DNA from: Hormiphora californensis
Lineage: Eukaryota; Animalia; Ctenophora
Assembly: GCA_020137815.1 (NCBI GenBank)
Contig: CM035350.1
Span: forward strand, 5,270,001 to 5,334,000
DNA: 64,000 nucleotides
Reading direction: 5' to 3'
The position numbers and the translations under genes were made by a program. Position 1 is the stretch's first letter. Each line of letters begins with the position of its first letter. Shown in pieces: positions 11,621-23,700 of the stretch. The notes beneath the pieces were generated by a model that worked only from the letters and a program-made list of their open reading frames with translations, made no database searches and was not told where the DNA came from.

Positions 11621-14600
11621 CTAGAGTCCCATTCTAATCTTGTTGATGATTTGACGCATGGCCAGGAACTCCTTGTCCGGTTTCTCACCCTTGTACCCGC
11701 TGACAAAGAGGTTAGCTCCCTTCTTTACTGCACCCATAACGTCATCGCTGGTTACATTTCCCTCGATCTCAATCAGTATCTTCTTGTGCATCTTCCGGGC
11801 TGCTGCAACCTGCACAGAGAGAGATATTATAGAGCCGAGAGCGGAGGGGGTAGATTGTAGAACAAGTCATTTATAGGTCAGGTGACTACCAAAGGAGGGG
11901 GGTGGACAGCTATAATTAAGGATTTTGTGGCAATGAGAAACATACATACTAAAATCTTACTGTACCTTTTCAAGCATCTCAGGGTTAAATGGGACATCAT
12001 CGTGACAGGGGTCTCCACAGGAGATGTGTACCAGGTCAACATCCTTCACCAGCCCCTCCAGCCTACTCACCTCACACTCTTGAGACAGGGCCACACCGGC
12101 CTAGCGGGGGGATGGGGTTAGGATAAATTTGAGACACTGCAATTGGACAGAACGCCTATTTCAGCAACCAGTTTCCGGTGGAATTAGGTTTGCGTGCAGA
12201 TGTGTTGTGAAACGCCTATAAAATAGTTTGTCGCCGTTTACATCCGGCAGCTGGATGCAATTCCGGCCGCAGTACGGCATTTTCCATAACGGTTCCTATT
12301 GCCAGAACCGGCACAAAACAGAAAGCGGGGAGAGAGAGAGTTAAATCAATTCGAAAAGTTCCTAACATTAACCGGGTTTGTCAGAGTTAATAACCCTGAC
12401 AAAAATATTAACGGAACATCTGTTATGTGAACACGCAAGAACAAATCACCTAAACGAACTTCATCTAAATCGGCCCTGGGTACCTTGGTAAATAGGGGTC
12501 AAATATCAGAGGAAGTTTACCCACCCGGTAAATCGGGGTTCCGGTAAATTGGGGCCCGGTAAATCAGCGTCCCGACTGTAGGATCTTGGTTGTTGATAGT
12601 CCATATGATAGTCCCCAGCAAGCATACTCAACTCACCATTCTGGCTAGATTCCACGGAAAAAAAACCCGTGAAAACTAACGGACGTAGATTCTGCACTGT
12701 ATGCCATTGTTCATAGAACGTTCATCATTTCTTCTTGCCCGGCCACCTTTATTTACTTGTCATCAAAAAGTTTTTCAAATCTTGTAGTCTTCAGATAATT
12801 ATTAATTATCTCTATTATAATTTGGAGATGAACGACGTCGAAGTGATGGCCGTTCGTTAGGCGGTATCTAAGCGACAGACTGCTCCTTCATAAAACACTT
12901 TATATGACGAAAGCTGTAAAGCTGTTATTCACACTTTTTGAACTTCCAGTGGAGGTTTGTTAATATTTTCGAATGACTTCTAACATGGCAGTTCCCATAG
13001 TTACCGATTCAGTTGCCATGGCAACCGTGTTATTGACGTGGAAAGGGGCGAAAAGAACCACCCGGCGAAGCCGGGTGGGTTATCTAAAAGCCCTTACTTG
13101 AGGCGCACCCAATGGGTGCGCTAGTATATATATATGCGAACTGTGAAATCATTGTTTACATAATTTGAGCTGTCACTTCTTTAGAAGAACGGTAGCTCAG
13201 ATAGTATATAATCTATATATCATAGCAATTCCTTTGGGCATTGTACTATCATTATATGTGGCCACAAGTGCCGCGGAGGCTGAATATTGAGCTAACTTTT
13301 GTTTGCAATTGTATAACTTGAGGACCGTGGTGGCGTTGCTTTATTCCCTTTATCCCTCGCGTAGTCTCTATGATTCATAGTTTGATATTTAGTTTCTGTC
13401 GAAGTGATGGCCGTTCGTTAGGCGGTATCTAAGCGACAGACTGCTCCTTCATAAAACACTTTATATGACGAAAGCTGTAAAGCTGTTATTCACACTTTTT
13501 GAACTTCCAGTGGAGGTTTGTTAATATTTTCGAATGACTTCTAACATGGCAGTTCCCATAGTTACCGATTCAGTTGCCATGGCAACCGTGTTATTGACGT
13601 GGAAAGGGGCGAAAAGAACCACCCGGCGAAGCCGGGTGGGTTATCTAAAAGCCCTTACTTGAGGCGCACCCAATGGGTGCGCTAGTCTTCTTAATGTACA
13701 GATTAGAGTCGACGTGATGAATGAATTGGAGATAGATGTACCAACATCACTATCTATACCGCTGGGTGTTTACAACTTTGTCATTTCCTTCTTTGGGATC
13801 ACTGGTAACGGCCTCGTCCTCTATTCCTCTCTCCGATACGATGCTGTACAGCTTGATGAAATATCGCTGGAGTTTGTTAGAAATCTCGCATTGGCTGACA
13901 TGTTGTATACTATCTGCGTTCCCCTTCCCTACTTCATTACACTATCCGTCCGTCGGTGGGTACTCGGACCGGTTTACTGTTTCATTCAGGCCGGGGTCAG
14001 TAATATCCCCGCTGCCGTAAACGCGATGACCGTTCTCGCTATATCGGCATACCGACTGAAGTTAATTATTTCCCCTTTCCACGGCCACATCTCCCTGAGG
14101 GCATGCAGAGTGTCCATCACTCTGATCTGGGTGTTGTCCTTCTCCTCCATCGTCCTTATCAAATACTACCATGAGCATGGAGCAGCGGAGTTCGATCCCT
14201 CGATGGCGGCCTGTCTGGATGCAATTTATGACCATGATGATGCTAGATGTCCCTTGATGGTTACAATTGGTTTTTTAGTTTTCATCCCCCTCGTTGGGAT
14301 TTTCGGTATTAATCTGGTTCTCTTGGGGATAGCAATGCGGAAAAGCTACTCTGCCAACAGTGGGATAAACTACAAAGCCTTGTGTGTTATTCTGTCCCTT
14401 TCAGGATTGTTAATGTTGAGTTGGGGTCCGTATCTTGGCTTTACTTTCTTGAAAATGAAATCTCCCGATGTTTCCCCGAGCTTTGAATTGATTGTCTTTA
14501 ATATTCTAAGTCTTAATGCATTCGGAAACCCCTTCCTTTACACACTTACCAACAGACGCTTTGGAAGATATGTCTGGAATTTGCTCTGTGGCATGTTCAA

Positions 14601-17503
14601 ATATGGGAGGAGAAATCAGCAAATTGCTCATCGTGCCAGTAATCGAGAAGAAAACCTTTTTGTAAGGAGTCGGGCCCGTGCTAACAATGCTGTCATGCAG
14701 ACGTCGAGTGTTTAAACTGAGGCTTGAAGGTGCGAACCGCATTAATATGATTATATGAAAAAAGGTGGCCCCAGAAACATTTTTTGAACAATATATACCT
14801 ACTATGAACAATTACTGTTGGATGTTGATTGATATTGTTATTGTTACATTTCATTTTCTCTAAAGAAGAGAGAGTCTATATCAATATGTGACGGTGACGG
14901 GCGGTCGCAATCTTACTTCATTGGTGTTGATGATATGAGTGATAGTTTGGTGACATATTAGACACCGTGCGCGACCAAGATTGAGCTGTGCGGGGGTCGC
15001 GCCAGGTGTCTATGTTACCAAAGTGATAGTATGGTGTTGTACTATAAAATCCCTACCTTCATTCCAGCCTCCTTGATCTTCCCAACGAGGCTCTTGGCTT
15101 GCTCGTCAGTGACGGTCTCTAGTTGGAATAGGAAACAGTCGCAACCAGCCTCCTTAAACTGGTCGATAAACCTGCAAAGAGGTTGAAATTTGAGTCGCCT
15201 GACAATGTGTTCGTACTCCGAACAATTCAAGATTAAAGACTAAAGTGAAACTTATCCTTCTCTGTGGAGTTAAGCAAAACGAAAGTGAAACTATAATTTC
15301 CCTCCCTGAACTCTCCCTGAACGAAAGTGAAACTATAATTTTCCTCCCTGAACTCTCCAAAACGAAAGTGAAACTATAATTTTCCTCCCTGAACTCTCCC
15401 TGAACGAAAGTGAAACTATAATTTTCCTCCCTAAACTCTCCCTGAACGAAAGTGAAACTATAATTTTCCTCCCTGAACTCTCCAAAACGAAAGTGAAACT
15501 ATAATTTCCCTCCCTGAACTCTCCAAAACGAAAGTGAAACTATAACTTCCCTCCCTGAACTCTCCAAAACGAAAGTGAAACTATAATTTCCCTCCCTGAA
15601 CTCTCCAAAACGAAAGTGAAACTAACCTCTCGGGATCATTGACGAGCATGTGACAGATGATGATCTTGCTGGGAAAGTGCTTCCTGACCCCCTCCACGAC
15701 GGGTGACCCAACACTGATCATGGGTCCATAGTGTCCATCTTGGACATCAAAGTGGAAGTAGTCCGCTCCCGCATTCATGATATGATTCGCCTCAGACACC
15801 AGATTACCTATGGCGGGAATTACCTTTAGTTACCCTAAATAGAAGTCACAGCTAGGCACCTGTTGAGTGGGTGTGGAGGATGGATACAATCACCCCCCCC
15901 CCTTGCCTTCATCAGCATGACGACCCCTTCATCATCACAAGTACCAGTGTCAAGTGATTATGAAGGGGTGGTAAGTACTACTGTTCCCATCCACCACTGC
16001 ACTTACCAATATCGTAGTTGAGGACATCCATCACTGTACTTACCAATATCGTAGTTGAGGACATCCACCACTCAGTACTTACCAATATCGTAGTTGAGGA
16101 CATCCACCACTGTACTTACCAATATCGTAGTTGAGGACATCCACCACTGCACTTACCAATATCGTAGTTGAGGACATCCATCACTGTACTTACCAATATC
16201 GTAGTTGAGGACATCCACCACTGTACTTACCAATGTCGTAGTTGAGGACATCCATCACTGTACTTACCAATATCGTAGTTGAGGACATCCATCACTGTAC
16301 TTACCAATATCGTAGTTGAGGACATCCACCACTGTACTTACCAATGTCGTAGTTGAGGACATCCATCACTGTACTTACCAATATCGTAGTTGAGGACATC
16401 CACCACTCAGTACTTACCAATATCGTAGTTGAGGACATCCACCACTGTACTTACCAATGTCGTAGTTGAGGACATCCATCACTGTACTTACCAATATCGT
16501 AGTTGAGGACATCCATCACTGTACTTACCAATATCGTAGTTGAGGACATCCACCACTGTACTTACCAATGTCGTAGTTGAGGACATCCATCACTGTACTT
16601 ACCAATATCGTAGTTGAGGACATCCACCACTCAGTACTTACCAATATCGTAGTTGAGGACATCCATCACTGTACTTACCAATATCGTAGTTGAGGACATC
16701 CACCACTCAGTACTTACCAATATCGTAGTTGAGGACATCCACCACTGTACTTACCAATATCGTAGTTGAGGACATCCACCACTGCACTTACCAATATCGT
16801 AGTTGAGGACATCCATCACTGTACTTACCAATATCGTAGTTGAGGACATCCACCACTGTACTTACCAATGTCGTAGTTGAGGACATCCATCACTGTACTT
16901 ACCAATATCGTAGTTGAGGACATCCATCACTGTACTTACCAATATCGTAGTTGAGGACATCCACCACTGTACTTACCAATGTCGTAGTTGAGGACATCCA
17001 TCACTGTACTTACCAATATCGTAGTGGAGGACATCCATCACTGTACTTACCAATATCGTAGTTAAGGACATCCACCACTGTACTTACCAATATCGTAGTT
17101 GAGGACATCCACCACTGCACTTACCAATATCGTAGTTGAGTACATCCATCACTGTACTTACCAATATCGTAGTTGAGGACATCCATCACTGTACTTACCA
17201 ATATCTTAGTTGAGTACATCCATCACTGTACTTACCAATATCGTAGTTGAGGACATCCACCACTGCACTTAGTACTTACCAATATCGTAGTTGAGGACAT
17301 CCACCACTGCACTTACCAATATCGTAGTTGAGGACATCCATCACTGCACTTACCAATATCGTAGTTGAGGACATCCATCACTGTACTTACCAATATCGTA
17401 GTTGAGGACATCCACCACTGCACTTACCAATATCGTAGTTGAGGACATCCATCCCGGTGGCATAGTTGCCAGACCTCTTCTTAGTGTCCCACCAATTCGC
17501 CAT
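11621..17503 (-). CDS. RPE: Ribulose-phosphate 3-epimerase-like protein, divergent paralog (231 aa, 5 exons)
   Basis: Exons 17503-17428, 15807-15627 (GADYFHFDVQDGHY...ICHML), 15171-15057 (FQLE...KIKEAGMK), 12100-11966 and 11809-11621 (IEIEGN...GANLFVSG); co-linear with the RPE fold motifs; phases are consistent. Confidence 0.85.
12466..12578. mobile_element. Truncated copy of the CAGTCGGACCCCGATTT MITE family
   Basis: Right end ...CCCGGTAAATCGGGGTTCCGGTAAATTGGGGCCCGGTAAAT...CCGACTG+TA matches 19024-19195. Confidence 0.7.
12809..13124 (+). mobile_element. Non-autonomous Helitron-like element, copy 1
   Basis: A|TCTCTATTATAA 5' end; GC-rich hairpins (CACCCGGCGAAGCCGGGTG and GCGCACCCAATGGGTGCGC); 3' end CTAG|T. 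Confidence 0.65.
13212..13685 (+). mobile_element. Non-autonomous Helitron-like element, copy 2
   Basis: 13398-13686 duplicates 12837-13125; separate A|TCTATATAT 5' end; ends in hairpin plus CTAG|T. Confidence 0.65.
13717..14715 (+). CDS. Intronless rhodopsin-class GPCR nested antisense in RPE-like intron 3
   Basis: Seven hydrophobic segments; GN (TM1), NLALAD (TM2), WVLG..YC, YR in the DRY position, SWGP (TM6) and NPFLY (TM7). Confidence 0.92.
   Translation: MNELEIDVPTSLSIPLGVYNFVISFFGITGNGLVLYSSLRYDAVQLDEISLEFVRNLALADMLYTICVPLPYFITLSVRRWVLGPVYCFIQAGVSNIPAAVNAMTVLAISAYRLKLIISPFHGHISLRACRVSITLIWVLSFSSIVLIKYYHEHGAAEFDPSMAACLDAIYDHDDARCPLMVTIGFLVFIPLVGIFGINLVLLGIAMRKSYSANSGINYKALCVILSLSGLLMLSWGPYLGFTFLKMKSPDVSPSFELIVFNILSLNAFGNPFLYTLTNRRFGRYVWNLLCGMFKYGRRNQQIAHRASNREENLFVRSRARANNAVMQTSSV
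15240..15625. repeat. 39-bp intronic minisatellite containing GAAAGTGAAACT
   Basis: About 9 copies of AACGAAAGTGAAACTATAATTTYCCTCCCTGAACTCTCC, abutting the RPE exon-2 donor. Confidence 0.92.
15988..17452 (-). repeat. 37-bp minisatellite, 39 copies, made of the RPE exon-1 3' end plus its donor site
   Basis: Minus-strand unit TACAG-TG(A/G)TGGATGTCCTCAACTACGATATTG-GTAAG; the copy nearest the start codon is the real exon/intron junction at 17428/17427. Confidence 0.95.
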
Positions 17504-17899
17504 GATGATTCACAGAGTGCAGACACAAATCAGATTCAGATAGCAGACACAAATCAGATTCAGATAGTTATAATAGTGAAGTGCTTGCACACCTTCCAGT
17601 ATAATAATGTACCGTTTCGCCCCATTAGAACACATGACTTATTCACAGAGAGAGAACGGGAGATACCTTGGTAATGGAATATGATTATCATTTAGTGTGT
17701 CAACATGCCACGTATAATAACAGGGGCTAAAATGTTCTTTATCTTTACTGGGCCTGCACTCACAAAGTCCCTCCTCTCCTCCTTTAACCTCCTAACTCCA
17801 GGCTCATCAAGTAGAAGAACCTACAAAATAGAGAGGAGATAGAGAAATTATACAAAGGAGAATTGTAGAACAGGAAGTGTAACAACACAACACGTGAAA

Positions 17900-19010
17900 T
17901 TATATTAATACAAGAAATTTAAAAACGAATTCAACATTCACACAAACTCTAAAAACATCTGATTCACTCTTTAGTTTATTACCTGTTTTGAGTTCCTGTA
18001 CATGGAGTCCCTGACTAAAAGCCCTCCCCCTCAAAGATGCAGTGGGTAGAGTGGGTGGAGTGGGTGGAGGGGGTAGAGTGGAGGGGAGGGTTATGTTACT
18101 GGACACTGCTCCTGCAGATACACAATGGAGAGCCCTACCACCGCCTATAAAGAATCTCTGAAAGCTCCGCAGTGTCCCACAATAGATGAAGATGTTGTGC
18201 CAAGAGTTGAGGAATGAGAGGGCGATAGTTAACTTATGGAACAGAACGGATACTTTACCCAGACCTAAGGGGATAAAGCATAGGTCCGCAGAAGAGCGTG
18301 AATGTAATAGCCACAAAAACGTGGGCCAATGTTCCCTGTCTGTTGAGCCGCAGTCGGGCTTGTCGATATGCAACAAACAGCAACGCAAGGGTGCTAAGGA
18401 CCACGCCACTCATGCAGGGTAGGACGATGGACCTAAACACCTTGAAATGGACATTGTTCCGTGTGAAAACCAGACAGGAGAAGAGAGAAGGGACGTAGAC
18501 CGCTTTGGCACCCCGCGGAACAAGGTAAAAACTAATGAGAACCAGTGCTAGGAGCCCAGGAACACACAGAAATAGCAATACAGGTGATCCGAGTTGAGCG
18601 GATTCGAGAATAAAATGGGAACAGTAGGATCACCAGCTTGTTTACACTAAGGGCCAGAACTAACATGACAGTTGCAAGAAACATGGGGAACCGGACTATT
18701 GCAGACACGAAACAGAGTGAAGTACCCGAGGGGCCAGTGATGGACGACCATTGAGGGGACCATGGGGGCAATGGCTGTAATGCCATACAACACATCGACC
18801 ACTGCTACACTTTGTATAATGAACACCGTTACTCGATCTAGACCCACTGAGGGACACCTCAGGATTGTCAGGATAAGGGTGTTACAGAGGATGTTGAGGG
18901 TGATGGAGATAACACACCAGGATAGGAATATCTGCAGGTGGAAATTAGTGGGCTGGAGGAGAGTTCCACATGATCATGGATCAGAGTTGAGTTACCAGCA
19001 GGGATCATTA
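17900..19010 (-). pseudogene. Rhodopsin-class GPCR broken by frameshifts (pseudogene or sequencing error)
   Basis: TM segments are spread over successive frames: IFLSWCVISITLNILCN, SVAVVD..HWPLG, LCFVSAIVRFP..NKL..LLFPF, LLALVL...FCGP and LNSWHNIFIY; resembles the GPCR at 13717. Confidence 0.75.
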
Positions 19011-19023
19011 TATCTAGACAATA

Positions 19024-19195
19024 CAGTCGGACCCCGATTTACCGGGATGCTCGGGGGAAAGGGTTTTGCCCGGTATATCGGGGTGCCCGGTATATCGGGG
19101 TCAAATACTGTAAATTTCCTCAATCGGGGGAAGTTTTACCTCCCGGTAAATCGGGGTTCCGGTAAATTGGGGCCCGGTAAATCGGGGTCCGACTG
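19024..19195. mobile_element. MITE (pogo/Tigger-like, CAGT termini, TA TSD)
   Basis: TIR CAGTCGGACCCCGATTTACCGG ... CCGGTAAATCGGGGTCCGACTG with TA on both sides. Confidence 0.9.
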
Positions 19196-19748
19196 TATAT
19201 CAAAGCTACTGAAAAATGAACATATATATATCCGGGAGTTCCAAAGAGAAAAGTTGGCTCCATTGCAATCTATTCTCGCTCCGCTAATGTATGTGAGATC
19301 TATCTCGGTCGCTGCGCGACCTCGATCTCACTCAGGCATCAATGTGGCCAAAGAGAAAAGCAAGTTATCAAAAGGTAGTTATCCTGAGTGTTTTTATATA
19401 GATTGAGACAACAATAGATTTCTATCAAACAAAAGTTCAAATCCATTAGTCGACTTGGTATTCGAACAGCAATAACTTAGCATAGACCATAAAATGCATT
19501 TCCAACTAAGCCCTGTTAATGAGAAATAACAGCTGCAGTACTTGAATAAATGCATTCGAAACTGCTTTTAATAGCAAAAACGATAACTGATAGTATTTTT
19601 CGAATATAATGAATCTTTTATAAGTTCCTAGTTAGTAGAGCTGTGTTTTCTGTAGATCGGTTTTCTTGGAAGAGCCGTGGACAATTAGCCATCCTCTATT
19701 AGAACCATCCCAGCTCATCGTTGGTAAATTCGTGTAGTGATAAACGAC

Positions 19749-19988
19749 TTCTCCTTTCGGCTGGACAAAATGAGTATACGGGGTTTTGATTGTAGAAGAA
19801 CTAGAAGAACGCTATTAATTTCGGTGCACAGCACCATCATCAGTCCCAAATTAATTTGTTTACAGTAGTGACAGTGTTGAAAAGTTTCAAATTAATTTGA
19901 GCCTGATGATAGTGCTGTGCACCGAAATTAATAGTGTTCTTCTACAATAAAAACCACGTCTACTCATTTTGTCCAGCCGGAAGGAGAA
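19749..19988. mobile_element. Palindromic MITE-like element
   Basis: Arms TTCTCCTTTCGGCTGGACAAAATGAGTA... and ...TACTCATTTTGTCCAGCCGGAAGGAGAA pair almost to the centre. Confidence 0.7.
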
Positions 19989-20779
19989 AACTAAACTTCC
20001 TCATTGATATGCGGCTAATAAACAATCAACCGATCCTTATTCTCTGATAAAAGACTTTTATTATTAGTGATGTGTTGCGTTAATACTTTGTCCCTAATAC
20101 CACTAATGGATACTGCACGTGCGAATTGGTGGGTGGCATTTTCCTGCCGATTCGGTAGTCTTTGTTGAGTTTTCTACGTGTCATATAAATCGCCAGTACA
20201 GGGACAGGGAATGAAGTTTTCTCTAGAATTGCAATCGTTACGATCGCCACAGTTTCTAGTTACCATAATCATGATAATGAGGAACTGCAGATATATGACA
20301 TAGAATGATCCACGTTTTACTGGTTTGACAAGGATCAGATGTGTGTTTTAACTGTGCCAACTTGCAATGCAGATCAAGCTGGGCGTGTGATCAGTTGAAT
20401 TATTGTGAGCGAGAAATGGTAATAGAGCATCTTTTAACAATCAAGATTATTCTCTTCTCTCTCGCCTAAACACGATATCAAAGTCCTAGAGGATCTTCTG
20501 CTCTCTCTATTCTCTTATCTCTTTCTCTCTCTATTTCACCCCCTATCTCGATCTCTTATCTCTATCTCTCTTCGAGCTAGCTCCTCTATCTCTCTCTCCT
20601 CCTCTCTCGCTCTCTCGCTCTCTCACTCTATCTCTCTCTCTCGCTCTCTCTCTCATCTCTCTCCCTCTCCCTCTCTTTTATGTAGCATGCTACAGCCATC
20701 TGCGTGTCCTACACACAGCACAGTACTACTTGCCTTCCCCTCGCAGAGAGTGATTGTATGTTGACTTGATAACGCCGTT

Positions 20780-23700
20780 ATGGGTAACGCCGCCAGTATT
20801 CGCCTCGGAGTCGTGTCACATCCCATTGAGTCACCAGATGTGATGTACGATCTGAAGGAGACGGTCCACAGGACACCCCTCGTATCACAGAGTGTGGCAC
20901 CGAGTGAAGCAAGGATAAATCATGGAGAGGAGAGGGACATCATGTTGCTAAAGAATGGCGTCACCATTCGTCTTCAGGTAGGTTTAGTTACCATGGTTAC
21001 CATTCGGCTTCAGATAACTACTTTTTATTTACCATGGTTACCTTTAGGTCACTGTTGTCATGGTTACTTAGACAACACAAAACAAGCCACTATTTGATCG
21101 CTAGGTTGTTAATCGCAATCTCCCCCTCATATCCCCCCCTTCAGACTAAACAGAGGGATGAGCAGAGAGGAATAAATCTATACAAACGGGGACTGAAGAG
21201 TATACCCAGGGAACTCTTTTACCACCCAGTTGCAAAAGAGGTTGTATGGTTGAATGTCGCCTGTAACAACCTGGTGTATAACCCCAACGGAATATACAAA
21301 AACCTCGAAAAGGTGCGTGATTCTGATCGGTAGATTCTTACGGTCTTCTCCCATTCCTCCTATCCATCATCCTCCAATCTGTTTTTCCTTCATTCAACTT
21401 TCCTTATCTCTCTTAACACCAGGTGGAAACGATGTACGGGAGTGACAGTGACCTGAGCGATATCGAGGAAGAAATCAAGGCAGATAGGGCATCCCGATCT
21501 TCATCAAAATCTTCCAAGAGCTCTAGTAAATCTTCCAAGAAGTCCAGTAAATCCTCCAAGAAAGGATCACCTGTAGTAGTTGGGGAAGAAGATAAGATCA
21601 AACAAGCTGAGAGTCCTGAGAAAGCTACCTCGGTAAAGCCAACAGAGGTAGCAGCTGCTGAAAGCATCGATCATCAGGGGGCTACTGAAACTGCCGCTAA
21701 GGAGACAGAAGGAGAGGCTGAAAAGAAGGAGACCGAAGGAGAGGCTGAAAAGAAGGAGACAGAAGGAGAGGCCGAACAGGAAGGGGCTAACCAAGAAGGT
21801 AATTCTATTGTAGGGGCAGAGGTAGAAGGAGAGAAGGTTGATGATGACACCCCAAAACAAGACACCCCAGAAGGTGATGATGAACCCCATGAGAAGATTC
21901 AACCAGGCTCGGTGACACCTGAATCAGTGAAGGGATGGGTGGTGGGTGTCGCTCCTCCCGATGCTGGCTCCGAGGGTGGCTCAGGTAGCTGTGAACTGAA
22001 AATAAAAGCTGAAGATTTGATCCCCGAAGATGTCTCTGATATAACGTCCGTCAACAATGAGCCCACGTTAGGTGCAGTTTGCATGAAAAACATCGTTTTC
22101 TTTACTTCTGGAGACTATTTTCATGTTTTTATACCGCCCCTTTTTTCAGTGGCAAAGAATGATGAAGAAGAGGCTAAAGAGACTGCTCCAGCTGTGAAAG
22201 GGGGTGAAGAAGTGGGCAACAAGCCAGCAGCTGTAGAGTTAGACACCAACATTGAGGATTTTGATGGAGCTACTACCCGCCGTAGCAATGCACCCAAGAG
22301 TGTAGCAGGTTGGTTAAATGCAACAATATATGGGGAACTGCAATGTGATCATTTTTACCTACCTACTGTAAAACCATATATTTTCGAGGGCATTAATTTT
22401 CGCGGATTGGCCTAGACTAGGGCTTCTGGTGGTCCCTGAAGACTTCACCAGCGTACCAGGAGTGAACTACTCCTTCATCAGCGACTCCTGGTACGCTGGG
22501 GAAGTCGTCAGGGCCCTGCAGGGACCCCCAGAAGCCAATCTAGGCCAATCCGCGAAAATAAAAATCTCACGAAAATATCTAGTTTTACAGTAATCAAATA
22601 CATCACCTAATTCCTAACCCCCCCCACACAGAGACAGTTAATATCAGTGAGTTCGAGGATGGTGATGAGCGGGAAGAAGAAGAAGAAGAAGAAGGGGAGG
22701 TGTTTGAGGAGACGGCTGCTGTTGCTGAACCGGGAGTTGAGGCGAGATCTCGGAAAAGTAGCTCGAGTTCCAGTTCCAGTTCTAGTTCTAGTTCTGGTTC
22801 TAGCAGTAAGGAAGAGAAAGTGGTGGCAGTGGCAGTGGAGCTAGCAAGCGACGAGGAGGGGGACCTGTTTGACGATGAGGGAGCAAAGGTGGAACGGGCA
22901 GCTAACACTCTGCCAAACAGGTAACTATGGTAACGGGCAGCTAACACTCTGCCAAACAGGTTGGTTACCATGGTAACAAGGTGTCAATACCAAACAGGTA
23001 ACTGTTGTAACAGGGTGTTTTCTACTAAGATGTGTATCGCTGGGTGGGGTAGACAGCAGTTCCGTAACACCTCCCCTCTCTCATTATAGGTTCAACAAGT
23101 TTCCCAACCTTGAGGAACTTCATCTTGGTTACTACGGCAAGGGGAACCCTCTAAAATATATCCCCCGGACTGTCTTCTCGCTTCAATGTCTCAAAAAACT
23201 GGACGCTAGTTCGTGTCGGCTCACAAATATCCCCTCGGAAATCAGCGGGCTGGCAAATTTAGAGGAGCTATGGTTGTCTGGTAACTTCCTAACCTCCCTA
23301 CCCCGATCTTTGAGTGAGCTAAAGAAACTTAAGTCCCTGTGGGTTAACTACAATCAACTTAACGGGCTGCCTGCCACCCTCGAGTTTTGTGAGTCGCTGG
23401 AGGGTCTGTATGCCCATGGCAACCAGATCGAGTTCTTGTCAACCGCCCTTTGCAGGATTCCCAAACTGACATATCTTGGAGTCGGACGAAACAAGTGAGT
23501 TGTCATGGAGTCAATAGATTGTAAATTTAGTTGTTATGGAGTTTAGATTAGACAAGGACAACACGAAATATGTTGGAGTTTAGATTGTAAATTAATTTAG
23601 TTGTTATGGAGTTTAGATTAGACAAGGACAACACGAAATATGTTGGAGTTTAGATTGTAAATAAATTTAGTTGTTATGGAGTTTAGGTTGTAAATTTTAT

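Noticed and set aside
12633-12730. Possible extra minus-strand exon with a GTGAGT donor inside RPE intron 3
   Set aside because: The ATG-initiated frames I read hit stops, and the RPE alignment is complete without it.
15988-17452. CRISPR-like array (37-bp periodicity)
   Set aside because: Units are contiguous with no unique spacers, there are no cas genes, and the context is a eukaryotic intron.
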